Notes: generated by a model from the letters alone, not told the origin. Numbered from the stretch's first letter, positions 26,804 to 35,718 are shown. The stretch is DNA of 54,700 nt from Candidatus Nomurabacteria bacterium (GCA_026395895.1 JAPLXV010000021.1:1-54700); one strand, 5' to 3'. Made by a program: numbers and translations.

Positions 26804-26853
26804 ATTGTCAATTTACCAAAACATGATGGAATTGTCAATTATCAATTGTTAAT
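26804..26853. promoter_or_regulatory. Repeated near-palindromic AATTGTCAATT boxes at the abiEi start (operator candidate)
   Basis: attgtcaattt lies at 26804-26814, aattgtcaatt at 26830-26840, and a degenerate aattgttaat at 26844-26853. All are directly 5' of the ATG at 26803 on the minus strand. Confidence 0.5.
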
Positions 26854-26950
26854 AACCTATCTTACTATATTCTTATTTCTCCAATTTCTTATATAAACAT
26901 TTTTTATTAAAACCAATAGATCGATTAGAAACACACTAATTATACCATTT

Positions 26951-27175
26951 TTAGTCCTCCACCACCAAAAGCTTGCTTGGGCTACGATGTCCATTTATAA
27001 TTCTAACCTTGGATAAAGGAATTTTAAAATGCAGAGCAAAAAGTTCCAATACTCGCTTATTGGCCAAATTATGTTCCGCTTTTTCTTTTACCGAAACTTC
27101 AAAATGATCTCCTGATTTTTGTTTCAAAAATTCTTTTTTCGCTCCAGCCGTGACCTTCACATGTATATAACGCAT
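26951..27175 (-). CDS. DUF167 (YggU) family protein
   Basis: 74 aa. It has the typical HVKVTAGAKKE...ANKRVLELFALHFKIPLSKVRIINGHRSPSK pattern. Confidence 0.8.
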   Translation of the reverse strand: MRYIHVKVTAGAKKEFLKQKSGDHFEVSVKEKAEHNLANKRVLELFALHFKIPLSKVRIINGHRSPSKLLVVED

Positions 27176-27233
27176 TATTCAGGATTATATCATTTTATTA
27201 TAAAAAATGGATGAAATATGCTAAATTAGATAA

Positions 27234-28454
27234 ATGCAGGAAAAAGTCAAAAATAAATTCAATTTTTCGCCAAAAATTATCATACTTTCTACGGTCTTTT
27301 TGGATGTGCTTGGTATAGGATTGATTGTACCAATACTTCCCTATTATGTGGAATCTTTTAACGTGCCAGATATTGTGGTCACTTTGCTTTTCGCTGTATT
27401 TTCTTTGTGCGCATTTTTTAGCGCGCCAATATTGGGAATGATTTCTGATAGAAAAGGACGTAGACCAGTGTTGTTGGTCAGTTTAGCATCAAGCGCTATT
27501 GGCTGGTTGGTTTTTGCTTTTTCCAGAACAATTTGGGGACTTTTCTTGGGAAGAATAATCGACGGATCGGCGGCCGGAAATATTTCTACCGCCCAAAATT
27601 ATCTTGTGGATATTTCTAAAGATCCAAAAGAACGAACGCACAATTTGAGTTTGATTGGAGCCATTTTTGGAATAGCTTTTATCGTTGGTCCACTCGTCGG
27701 CGGAGTACTTTCTAGCATCAGTATGAAAATGCCTTTTATTGTTGTCGGTATTTTAGCAACCATAAATACTGTGCTCGCTTATTTCTTTTTGCCGGAAACA
27801 AATCACAACCGAAATACCGGAAAAATTTCCTTAAATCCTTTCTCGCCAATTATTAAAGCTCTCAAAAGTAAAAATATTTTGCCACTTTATCTAGCGTGGC
27901 TTTTCTTTGGTATTGCCGTATCGCTGAACCAATCCATTTTCGCTTTATATATTACAAAAGTATTTTCTTGGACAGTGGTCGCCGCTGGTTTTATTATGGC
28001 CTTCATGGGAGTAATCATTTCTTTGAATCAAGCTTTCTTCCTTCGTAAAGTGTGGCTGAAATATTTTAAAGAATCCGTGCTCATGATATGGCTCTGGCTT
28101 CCTTTCGCTTTCGGATATTTAGTGATGGCTTTGCCTTTCAAAGTAGCTTTCATTTTGGGGCTCGTCATCACCGCCTTCGGACAATCCACTATGCGTGTGG
28201 TCATGAATAGTCAGATTATTGGTTTCTCCGATAAAAAAGAACAAGGCGAAATGATGGGAATACTCGCTTCGATAATGTCTCTCTCCATGATCTTGGGCCC
28301 ACTCATCGGCGGAGCTATTTATACTATCGGTGCTGCTTTACCATATGCGCTCGCTGGAGTGATTTTATTTGTCACATTTATTTTCGTCTTCAAAACTTAC
28401 AAACACGTCGCGCCAAAAGAACACGTCGACATCGAGCCGGTGGAAACTTTATAA
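27234..28454 (+). CDS. MFS transporter (12 TM, drug/H+ antiporter-like)
   Basis: It has the MFS loop motif GMISDRKGRRPVLL and 12 hydrophobic segments. Confidence 0.9.
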   Translation: MQEKVKNKFNFSPKIIILSTVFLDVLGIGLIVPILPYYVESFNVPDIVVTLLFAVFSLCAFFSAPILGMISDRKGRRPVLLVSLASSAIGWLVFAFSRTIWGLFLGRIIDGSAAGNISTAQNYLVDISKDPKERTHNLSLIGAIFGIAFIVGPLVGGVLSSISMKMPFIVVGILATINTVLAYFFLPETNHNRNTGKISLNPFSPIIKALKSKNILPLYLAWLFFGIAVSLNQSIFALYITKVFSWTVVAAGFIMAFMGVIISLNQAFFLRKVWLKYFKESVLMIWLWLPFAFGYLVMALPFKVAFILGLVITAFGQSTMRVVMNSQIIGFSDKKEQGEMMGILASIMSLSMILGPLIGGAIYTIGAALPYALAGVILFVTFIFVFKTYKHVAPKEHVDIEPVETL

Positions 28455-28464
28455 AAAGTCGCAC

Positions 28465-28559
28465 TATTTCACAGAAATAATCCTTTTTTCGGGTCCTCGG
28501 TTCCCCGGGGCCACGAACCCCGGCCAGACCAGCTCAAAAAAGACAATTTCTGAGAAATA
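28465..28559. repeat. Imperfect ~25-bp AT-rich inverted repeat enclosing a locally GC-rich core with a 6-bp GC hairpin
   Basis: The arms are tatttcacagaaataatcctttttt and aaaaaagacaatttctgagaaata. The core hairpin ccgggg-ccacgaa-ccccgg lies at 28505-28523. The element sits between the convergent MFS and pepA genes. Confidence 0.5.
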
Positions 28560-28751
28560 TTATAAAAACTCGCCGAGAGCACACTTTTTAGAAAACATTG
28601 CGCAGGAGTTTAGAAAATAAAAATGGTACTCCATTTATTATTTTCTTGAACGACGAGCATAGCAATTCACAAGCTTGTGAATATGCGTGTTTTATAAAAA
28701 GTTGTGCTAAGAAAGAGTTTTTAATTTAAAAATATTGATTCTTGAGGTTTT

Positions 28752-30155
28752 TCAATAATTCTTCTCAATAAACCTATATAAAAGCCTTACTGGAGAGCCT
28801 AGGGCGCCCTGAGAGAGATTTTCCCCTACTATTGATGTCATACGAGAAGCAATGTCTAAATGTACCCATTTCGGAGCTTTCTCGCCTTCGGCTTTTGCTT
28901 TTATAAATTGGTGTAAAAAGACAGCAGCAACACTTGCTCCTCCATAACTATTTCCTTTATTATTAGCATTAGCCCAATCACCAAGAGTACCTTTTATATC
29001 ATTTTCATATTCTTCCCATAAAGGTAACCTCCAAAGATATTCCCCTGTTTCTTCTCCAATTTTCTCCATCATTTTTGATAATTTATCATCCTCAGTAAAA
29101 ATTCCTGATGCTCGCTCACCTAATGCTATAAGTACTGCACCAGTGAGTGTTGCAATATCTATTACAACTTCCGGATTATACTTTTGTGAATAAGTTAAGG
29201 CATCCGCCAGAATTATTCGTCCTTCTGCGTCGGTATTTAATACTTCAATCGTTTTGCCTGACATTGAACGAATAACATCTCCGGGACGATAACTTTTCCC
29301 AGATGGCATATTTTCAATCGAAGGAATCAAACCGATGACATTCTTTTTTAATTTCATTTTAGCGACGAGAGCGAGAGTGTGAATAACAGCAGCCCCACCA
29401 GACATATCCATATTCATTCCAGCCAAACCATTTGAAGGTTTCAAATTTATTCCACCTGTATCAAATGTCACACCTTTACCAACAAGCACAATCGGTTTTT
29501 CATTTTTTTTACCACCAAAATATTCCATAATAATAAATTTAGATTCTTCATCTGAACCACGACCGACAGAAAGTATTGCCCGCATATTTTGTTTTTTCAT
29601 TTCTTTCTCGCCCAATATTGTGACTTTTACCGGCAAATTTTTTACCACTTCTTTTGCTTTTCGCGCCAAAATTTGTGGGGTCATATCTCCACCCGGAGTA
29701 TTAGCTAGCGAACGAGTTTTATTTACTTCTTCTGCAATTATTTGTCCTTTCAAAATGCCCCTTCGGCCATGCTCAGGGCAAGCAGAAATTATTACTTCTT
29801 TTACAAAATTAAAACCTTCTTCGGTTGGTGTTTTATATTCCACAAATTCATAATTTGCAAAATCAAGTTGCGAACCAATTAATTCTCCAAGTTCTTCGTC
29901 ACTTAATTTAATAGATTTGAATTTGAAATCAGAAAAATTGAAGCCCAATTTTTCTGATTTCACTCCTTTTGCCATAATTATCATTTTGCGCACAAGCAAA
30001 AAAAGCTTACGTAAATTCATTTTCTCATCGCATTTTAAATAAAGAGTTCTTACGCCATTTTCTTTTACAATTTCGTCCTTATTTTTAGGTCCGACAGACA
30101 CAAAAAGCACTTCTTTCTCCATATTTTTTAGATTATTTTTAAAACTTATTTTCAT
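28752..30155 (-). CDS. pepA: Leucyl aminopeptidase (M17)
   Basis: It has the M17 signature NTDAEGRIILADAL and metal ligands in VGKGVTFDTGG. Confidence 0.93.
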   Translation of the reverse strand: MKISFKNNLKNMEKEVLFVSVGPKNKDEIVKENGVRTLYLKCDEKMNLRKLFLLVRKMIIMAKGVKSEKLGFNFSDFKFKSIKLSDEELGELIGSQLDFANYEFVEYKTPTEEGFNFVKEVIISACPEHGRRGILKGQIIAEEVNKTRSLANTPGGDMTPQILARKAKEVVKNLPVKVTILGEKEMKKQNMRAILSVGRGSDEESKFIIMEYFGGKKNEKPIVLVGKGVTFDTGGINLKPSNGLAGMNMDMSGGAAVIHTLALVAKMKLKKNVIGLIPSIENMPSGKSYRPGDVIRSMSGKTIEVLNTDAEGRIILADALTYSQKYNPEVVIDIATLTGAVLIALGERASGIFTEDDKLSKMMEKIGEETGEYLWRLPLWEEYENDIKGTLGDWANANNKGNSYGGASVAAVFLHQFIKAKAEGEKAPKWVHLDIASRMTSIVGENLSQGALGSPVRLLYRFIEKNY

Positions 30156-30255
30156 GCTTATATTATATACTTTTTTATAAAAAATACAAAAATCTAGGAT
30201 AGCACCTACTTTATCTAACTAAAGAAGATTAAAAGTTATCCACATCCCACCCTCT

Positions 30256-30291
30256 ACTTTACTTGACTAAAGTACTTTACTTTGATAAAGT
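30256..30291. promoter_or_regulatory. Two abutting ACTTTA-N6-TAAAGT palindromes just upstream of the YerC-like gene
   Basis: actttacttgactaaagt lies at 30256-30273 and actttactttgataaagt at 30274-30291. A third copy is at 31757-31774. Confidence 0.55.
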
Positions 30292-30298
30292 GGCTAGT

Positions 30299-30697
30299 AT
30301 GAGCAAAGGAATGAATAAAAATACTTCAATAAAGACAGTTAGGTTAATCCAAGAAATTGGGTCAGACATAGACTGGAATGAAAAGAAAAACAAGCAATTT
30401 ATTGAAGCAATTTTGGCTTTGGAAACTGCTGACGAGACTGAACGTTTCTTGCGAGATATAATGACAGAACAAGAAATATTAGATTTTTCAAACCGCCTAG
30501 AAGCTGCTTCCCTGCTTTCGCAAGATGTTCAATATAATTTTATTACTGAAAGCACGGGCCTTTCTTCTAAAACTATCGCCAGAATAGCAAAATGGCTTAA
30601 TGGTTCACTCGGTGGATATCGCTTAATACTTAATCGTATTTCAAGTCATCATCACAACTCCCCTAAAATTGGGAAAGGGTTGTCTTTGAGCTCGTAA
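30299..30697 (+). CDS. TrpR-related YerC/YecD-family DNA-binding protein
   Basis: FLRDIMTEQEILDFSNRLEAASLL...ITESTGLSSKTIARIAKWLNGSLGGY follows the YerC/YecD pattern. ATG 30299 is preferred over the TTG at 30263. Confidence 0.75.
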   Translation: MSKGMNKNTSIKTVRLIQEIGSDIDWNEKKNKQFIEAILALETADETERFLRDIMTEQEILDFSNRLEAASLLSQDVQYNFITESTGLSSKTIARIAKWLNGSLGGYRLILNRISSHHHNSPKIGKGLSLSS

Positions 30698-30732
30698 TTA
30701 TTTTATTTATATTTTATAAAATTTTCGAAACC

Positions 30733-30765
30733 AACCCCTTCCTAAGTTTAGGAAGGGGTTTTGCA
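30733..30765 (+). terminator. Intrinsic terminator after the YerC-like gene
   Basis: aaccccttccta-agtt-taggaaggggtt is followed by a T-rich tract. Confidence 0.75.
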
Positions 30766-30807
30766 TTTTGCGAAACTTTAATGTTCTTTGAAAAAAGGAG
30801 GTAAAAA

Positions 30808-30864
30808 ATGAAAAGAAAATATTTTAATTGTTTTTCTTTAGGAGGTTGTGGCCCTCACAAATAA
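30808..30864 (+). CDS. Candidate 18-aa Cys-containing micro-ORF (MKRKYFNCFSLGGCGPHK)
   Basis: A strong SD (AAGGAGG) lies 7 nt upstream of the ATG. An 18-bp-stem palindrome starts 7 nt after the stop. Confidence 0.4.
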   Translation: MKRKYFNCFSLGGCGPHK

Positions 30865-30870
30865 AAATCA

Positions 30871-30908
30871 AAATAGAGAAACTAAAATAAATTTTAGTTT
30901 CTCTATTT
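30871..30908 (+). terminator. Perfect 38-nt palindrome (18-bp stem) following the micro-ORF
   Basis: The sequence is aaatagagaaactaaaat-aa-attttagtttctctattt. Confidence 0.55.
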
Positions 30909-30937
30909 CTCTTACAATCTAAAAAGGAGATAAAAGT

Positions 30938-31735
30938 ATGTTGCGACAAACTATCGAAGTAATGAAGAAACTTAGAGAATTAAATAAATTTTTAAAAAAT
31001 TCTTTAAGAATAAACGAATTCGTTGATACATATATCAATGAATGTATGTTAAATAGTGAACCAGTTGTTTTTATTACTCCTTGGTCACTATCACCACGTT
31101 TTAAAACACGATATATTGAGCAAAGAAATATTTTCATTCCAACACAAAAAGAAATTGATTTATTTAATAAAGAAATACCAAACATTGTAAATTTATTTAA
31201 AGAAAATGGATTTACGATAGAATGGTGGATAATCTTTTCTAGGGCATACTTAAATGTTAGGCTTCTTGAAAAAAATATAGAAAACCAATATGTCGATATG
31301 ATAAAAAATATCATCAAAAGATATGACTCACCGGTAGTAATAATTAATTGGGAAGATGATGTAATCAATAAACGTCATACTCCAAATGCAGATTTACTTA
31401 TAGATAAAAACTTTGATGAACTTATTGATAAAGAAAATTATTTTTATGAATTAACAAGATGGACAAATTGGGTTCAAGAAGAGAATATAAATATTACAAA
31501 AGAGGAATTAGCAACACAAACAAAATATCAAATAGCTTGTGAGGCAGAAGAAGGAAAATTTCTTATGAAAAACTTCAATAATCCTCTTTGTAAACCTGGT
31601 AATTTCTTATTTGTTCCCTTAGGAAATCCAGAACGATATATCTTTTTTTCTACCTTGGTTCCTGAATTTAAAAAACGGATATTAAATGTATTAAAACTAT
31701 ATCCGTGGAGATTAGAAAAAACCCCTGCTCTTTAG
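30938..31735 (+). CDS. Hypothetical protein (265 aa, no recognised family)
   Basis: Good RBS (AAAAGGAG) and its own terminator. The composition is coding-like, and the antisense ORF 30919..31368 looks spurious. Confidence 0.65.
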   Translation: MLRQTIEVMKKLRELNKFLKNSLRINEFVDTYINECMLNSEPVVFITPWSLSPRFKTRYIEQRNIFIPTQKEIDLFNKEIPNIVNLFKENGFTIEWWIIFSRAYLNVRLLEKNIENQYVDMIKNIIKRYDSPVVIINWEDDVINKRHTPNADLLIDKNFDELIDKENYFYELTRWTNWVQEENINITKEELATQTKYQIACEAEEGKFLMKNFNNPLCKPGNFLFVPLGNPERYIFFSTLVPEFKKRILNVLKLYPWRLEKTPAL

Positions 31736-31757
31736 TCCAGGGGTTTTATTTTTTTAC
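31718..31757 (+). terminator. Intrinsic terminator
   Basis: aaaacccctg...caggggtttt is followed by a T-run. The stop codon of 30938..31735 lies in the loop. Confidence 0.8.
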
Positions 31758-31774
31758 TTTACTTAACTAAAGTA
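31757..31774. promoter_or_regulatory. Third ACTTTA-N6-TAAAGT palindrome, upstream of the EamA-riboflavin kinase gene
   Basis: actttacttaactaaagt lies about 20 nt upstream of a TATAAT (31794-31799) and 31 nt upstream of the ATG at 31805. Confidence 0.5.
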
Positions 31775-31804
31775 TCCATTAAAAAAAAATGATATAATAA
31801 TTTC

Positions 31805-33070
31805 ATGAAAATCCTAAATGGAAAAATAACTGCTAATAAAATTTTTATTGGAGTTTTGGCAGTCGTAGTAGCGGCTTTGCTTTGGAGTTTGGATGGGATT
31901 TTTTTACGCCCACAATTGTCATCCGTATCACCTACTCTAGTGGTGTTTTTAGAACATAGTTTGGGATTTATCATTCTTTTGCCGTTTTTGTTTATCTATA
32001 AATCAGAACTAAAAAAAATCACCAAAAAACAGTGGGGAACAATTTTTTGGGTAGCTCTATTCGGAGGCGCACTGGGTACTACCTTTTTTACTAAAGCATT
32101 ATTTCTAACCGGTTTTGTTGATGTTTCAGTAGTTATTCTTTTACAAAAATTTCAGCCAATTTTCGCTATTTTATTATCGGCCATTATTTTAAGAGAACGC
32201 TTTCCTGCCAAATTTTACATTTACGCTTTTTGCGCTCTGATTGGCGGATATTTTGTAACATTTAAAGATCCGAGTTCAATAAATTTTGGTAACGCTACTA
32301 CTATGATGGCTGTCTTTTCTTTATTGGCTGCTTTCTCTTGGGGCTCATCCACTACTTTCGGAAAATACTCTCTGAAAAATATAAATTACGGATTACTGGC
32401 TGCTCTGCGATTCGGCTTCACTATAATTATTATGCTCATTCCAGCTATAAAATATTTCTCCACATTATCTTCGGTTGAGCCAAACGTTTGGAGAACTTTA
32501 ACCATCATCGTTTTCACTTCCGGAGCCGTGGCGATGTATCTGTATTATTACGGCTTGAAAAAAATTCCGGCTTCTTTGGCAACCTTGTGTGAATTGGCCT
32601 GGCCTTTTTCCGCGGTTATTTTCGATTATTTCTTTAATCACAATATTTTGTCGGCAACTCAAATTATCGGCGCTATCCTCTTATTTATCGCTGTCGCTTT
32701 GGCTACTCGTTTGAACAAAACACACATTATCAGCGGAATAGTTTTAACCGGAAATAACAACGGCGAAAAAACAGGCGCCAGAACTGCAAATCTAGATATT
32801 GGTTTAGCAAAAGATTTGGCTAAAGGACTTTACTCCTGCAAAGTTGATTTAGATGGTGTATTTTATCGAGGACTTTTGTATTACGGAATTAATTCACTAA
32901 CCAACAAGGATTGTCTAGAAATTCATATTCTGGAATTCAACGGAGATCTTTACGGCAAAAAAATTACCGCCAGTACGGAGCGATATCTGCGTTTTCCAAA
33001 AAAATTCAAGAGCGTGGAAAAATTAAGCGAACAAATAAAAAGAGACTTAGCTCAATCATTTAACGAGTAA
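31805..33070 (+). CDS. EamA/DMT-family transporter fused to a C-terminal riboflavin kinase domain
   Basis: About 300 aa with 10 TM helices (two EamA repeats). This is followed by GIVLTGNNNGEKTGARTANLDI...GLYSCKV...YYGINS...EIHILEFNGDLYGKKI...YLRFPKKFKSVEKLSEQIKRD, which fits the RibF C-terminal kinase pattern. Confidence 0.8.
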   Translation: MKILNGKITANKIFIGVLAVVVAALLWSLDGIFLRPQLSSVSPTLVVFLEHSLGFIILLPFLFIYKSELKKITKKQWGTIFWVALFGGALGTTFFTKALFLTGFVDVSVVILLQKFQPIFAILLSAIILRERFPAKFYIYAFCALIGGYFVTFKDPSSINFGNATTMMAVFSLLAAFSWGSSTTFGKYSLKNINYGLLAALRFGFTIIIMLIPAIKYFSTLSSVEPNVWRTLTIIVFTSGAVAMYLYYYGLKKIPASLATLCELAWPFSAVIFDYFFNHNILSATQIIGAILLFIAVALATRLNKTHIISGIVLTGNNNGEKTGARTANLDIGLAKDLAKGLYSCKVDLDGVFYRGLLYYGINSLTNKDCLEIHILEFNGDLYGKKITASTERYLRFPKKFKSVEKLSEQIKRDLAQSFNE

Positions 33071-33073
33071 AAA

Positions 33074-34413
33074 TTATTTGCTAAGTTTTATTCCTAATTC
33101 TTTCAACTGTTTTTCGGTAATCGAAGCAGGAGAACCCATCATTAAATCTCTACCCTCGCCGGTCTTTGGAAAAGCAATCACTTCACGAATATTTGGCTCA
33201 TTTTGTAAAATCATCACGATACGATCAATGCCAGGAGCAAAACCACCATGAGGAGGAGCACCAAAAGTAAAGGCTTCCAACATATGCCCAAATTTCTTTT
33301 GTTGTTCTTCTTCGGAAATGTTTAACAATTTGAAAACTTGTTTTTGAACTTCACTTTCATGGATACGGATAGATCCAGAAGAAAGCTCGTAACCATTCAA
33401 AACTAAATCATAAGCATTTGCTCGAATTGAGAATAAATCTTCCCCTTTCAAAAATTTTTCTTTATCTTCCTCTTTGATTGAACAGAATGGATGATGCACC
33501 GCCTGCAACTCGCCATCGTCTGTTTTTTCAAACATTGGAAAATCTAAAATCCAACAAAATGCTAATTCGTTCGGATCATCTTTATTTTTTCGTAAATCAG
33601 GTTTATCGGAACCATATTTTTTAATAGATTCGGCATAAGATATTCGTGGAAAAGGAATCTCGGTAATCTTTTTCTCTGGATAAACGTTTTTTACAAGTTC
33701 TTTAAACATGGCTTCGGTATATTCCAAAACTTCTTCTTGGGTAACAAAAGACATTTCATAGTCCAGTTGAGTAAACTCCAGTTGTCTGTCTCCTCTGGTA
33801 TCTTCGTCGCGCATACAACGAGCAATTTGAAAATATTTTTCAAAACCGGCCACCATAATAATCTAGAAGGAACAACGTATTCTCGTGAGCCTTCTGGAGT
33901 ACCTTTCATCAGTATTGGTGTTTCAATTTCGATAAAACCATTATCGTGCATATATTTGCGAAAAAAAGTAATTATCTTGTCTCGCATACGAATATTTTTT
34001 TGCATTCTTTCGGAGCGCAAATCTAAATATTTATATTTCATTCTGGTATCTTCATTCACTCCAATAGTATTTTCATTAAGTTGAAATGGCGTAGTTTCTG
34101 CTTTATTTAAAATTTCTATACCTGTCACTTCAAGTTCAACATCGCCATTTAAGACATCAACTTTTACATTTTTATCTGGACGTTTGTTTACAATACCCGT
34201 GATTTTTAAAACCCATTCTGGACGAATCTCTTTGGCCTTTTCTGTCGCTTCTGCGTGACTTGCTAAAGCAACACATTGCACCATTCCCGTCATATCGCGC
34301 ATATCAAAAAACACCATTTTGCCTTGATCTCGTCGAATATTTACCCATCCGGCGATAATAATTTCTTTACCAACATTCTCTTTTAAATCTTTAATATAGA
34401 CTCTGTTTTTCAT
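33074..34413 (-). pseudogene. aspS: Aspartyl-tRNA synthetase interrupted by a frame-breaking internal lesion near nt 33862
   Basis: The N-terminal ORF has an OB-fold anticodon domain and reaches ...TPEGSREYVVPSR. The C-terminal ORF starts at (I)IMVAGFEKYFQIARCMRDEDTRGDRQLEFTQLD, which is class II motif 2. About 17 codons equivalent to the conserved G-x-FYALPQSPQ-x2-KQ segment are missing and the frame shifts. Confidence 0.85.
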
Positions 34414-34461
34414 ACTGTTATTTTAACATATATTAAAAATAAAAACAGCGGAAAAAAAGTA

Positions 34462-35667
34462 CTATATTTTTAATAACTTAGCAACATAATCTATATCTTT
34501 ATCTCCACGACCGGAAAGATTTACAATTATAATCTTATTTTTATCTAATGTGGGAGCCAATTTTATAGCTTCTGCTACAGCATGACTACTTTCAAGGGCT
34601 GGAATAATCCCTTCAACTTTTGACAATTCAAGAAAAGCCTCAATCGTTTCATCATCAGAAACTGAAGTATAATTTACTCTTCCAATATCTTTTAAATAAG
34701 CATGAATGGGTCCGACACCAGGATAATCTAGACCTGAAGCGATAGAATGTACCGGATTTGGCTGACCTTTTTCATCTTGCAAAACAATAGTTTTCATGCC
34801 GTGAATTATTCCCTCAGAACCGTAGGTAATGGTAGCAGCATGTTGACCAACAGCCGAACCTTTTCCAGCTGGTTCAACGCCAATAAGTTTTACTGGATCA
34901 TCAAGAAATTCATTAAATAATCCAATAGCATTAGAACCACCACCGACACAACCGATAATATAGTCTGGCAATCTATTTTCCATTTTTAAGATTTGTTCTT
35001 TCGCTTCTTTTCCAACAATAGATTGAAAATCTCTCACCATCATCGGATACGGATGAGGTCCAACTACTGATCCTATCGCAAAGAAAGTAGTTTGATATTC
35101 ATCCATAAATTTTGTGAAAGCACTATCAACAGCATCTTTAAGACATTTACCACCTGTATTGACCTCTACAACTTTTGCTCCAAGTAATTTCATACGAATT
35201 ACATTGGGGTGTTGTTTTACTATATCAATTGAACCCATATGAATTTCACATTTAAGACCAAGTAAGGCTGCTGCGGTAGCTAATGCTACTCCATGTTGTC
35301 CGGCACCTGTTTCTGCTAAAAGTTTGGTTTTGCCCATTCTTTTTGCAAGCAATGCCTCCCCAATACAATGATTTATTTTATGTGCGCCAGTGTGATTCAA
35401 ATCTTCACGCTTAAGATAAATTTTTGCTCCGCCGAGTTTTTTTGTTAAATTCTTTGCAAAGTACAAGGGCGAAGGACGACCAGCATAATTTGTGAGCAAA
35501 TCTAAATATTCTTTTTGGAAAGCTGGGTCTTTTTTTGCGATTAAATATTCTTTTTCTATTTCTTGTAACGGTTTTTCTAATTGAGGAGGAACAAATCGTC
35601 CTCCAAAAGAACCATAATAACCTTTTTCGTCTGGCAAATTTTTTAATGATTTTATGTTTTTTTTCAT
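34462..35667 (-). CDS. trpB: Tryptophan synthase beta chain (stand-alone)
   Basis: It has [14 protein letters not shown] (PLP lysine) and GGGSNAIG. No trpA is adjacent. Confidence 0.93.
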   Translation of the reverse strand: MKKNIKSLKNLPDEKGYYGSFGGRFVPPQLEKPLQEIEKEYLIAKKDPAFQKEYLDLLTNYAGRPSPLYFAKNLTKKLGGAKIYLKREDLNHTGAHKINHCIGEALLAKRMGKTKLLAETGAGQHGVALATAAALLGLKCEIHMGSIDIVKQHPNVIRMKLLGAKVVEVNTGGKCLKDAVDSAFTKFMDEYQTTFFAIGSVVGPHPYPMMVRDFQSIVGKEAKEQILKMENRLPDYIIGCVGGGSNAIGLFNEFLDDPVKLIGVEPAGKGSAVGQHAATITYGSEGIIHGMKTIVLQDEKGQPNPVHSIASGLDYPGVGPIHAYLKDIGRVNYTSVSDDETIEAFLELSKVEGIIPALESSHAVAEAIKLAPTLDKNKIIIVNLSGRGDKDIDYVAKLLKI

Positions 35668-35693
35668 ATAATTAATCCAGTTTTAAAAGTGAT

Positions 35694-35718
35694 AATAAAA
35701 AAAGCGCTTATTGCGCTT
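35694..35718 (-). terminator. Intrinsic terminator within the trpB leader (attenuator candidate)
   Basis: On the minus-strand RNA, aagcgc-aataa-gcgctt is followed by an 8-nt U-run. It lies about 27-50 nt upstream of the trpB ATG. An upstream ttgcgct (plus-strand coordinates 35761-35767) can pair with the 5' arm of the terminator. Confidence 0.5.

Noticed and set aside
28505-28523. tRNA gene suggested by a T-arm-like GC hairpin
   Set aside because: The loop TTCGTGG lacks the conserved A58. No D-arm, anticodon arm or acceptor stem can be built from the flanking AT-rich sequence. It is kept only as an unexplained hairpin.
30919-31368. 149-aa ORF on the minus strand
   Set aside because: It is antisense to 30938..31735, which has a good RBS and terminator. 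The product is low-complexity I/F/S-rich, as expected for an AT-rich shadow frame.
33691-33856. Programmed ribosomal frameshifting as an explanation for the split aspS (and likewise mrdA and gltX)
   Set aside because: No slippery heptamer or stimulatory structure lies at the junctions. More importantly, conserved residues are missing rather than merely out of frame, so recoding could not restore a normal protein.
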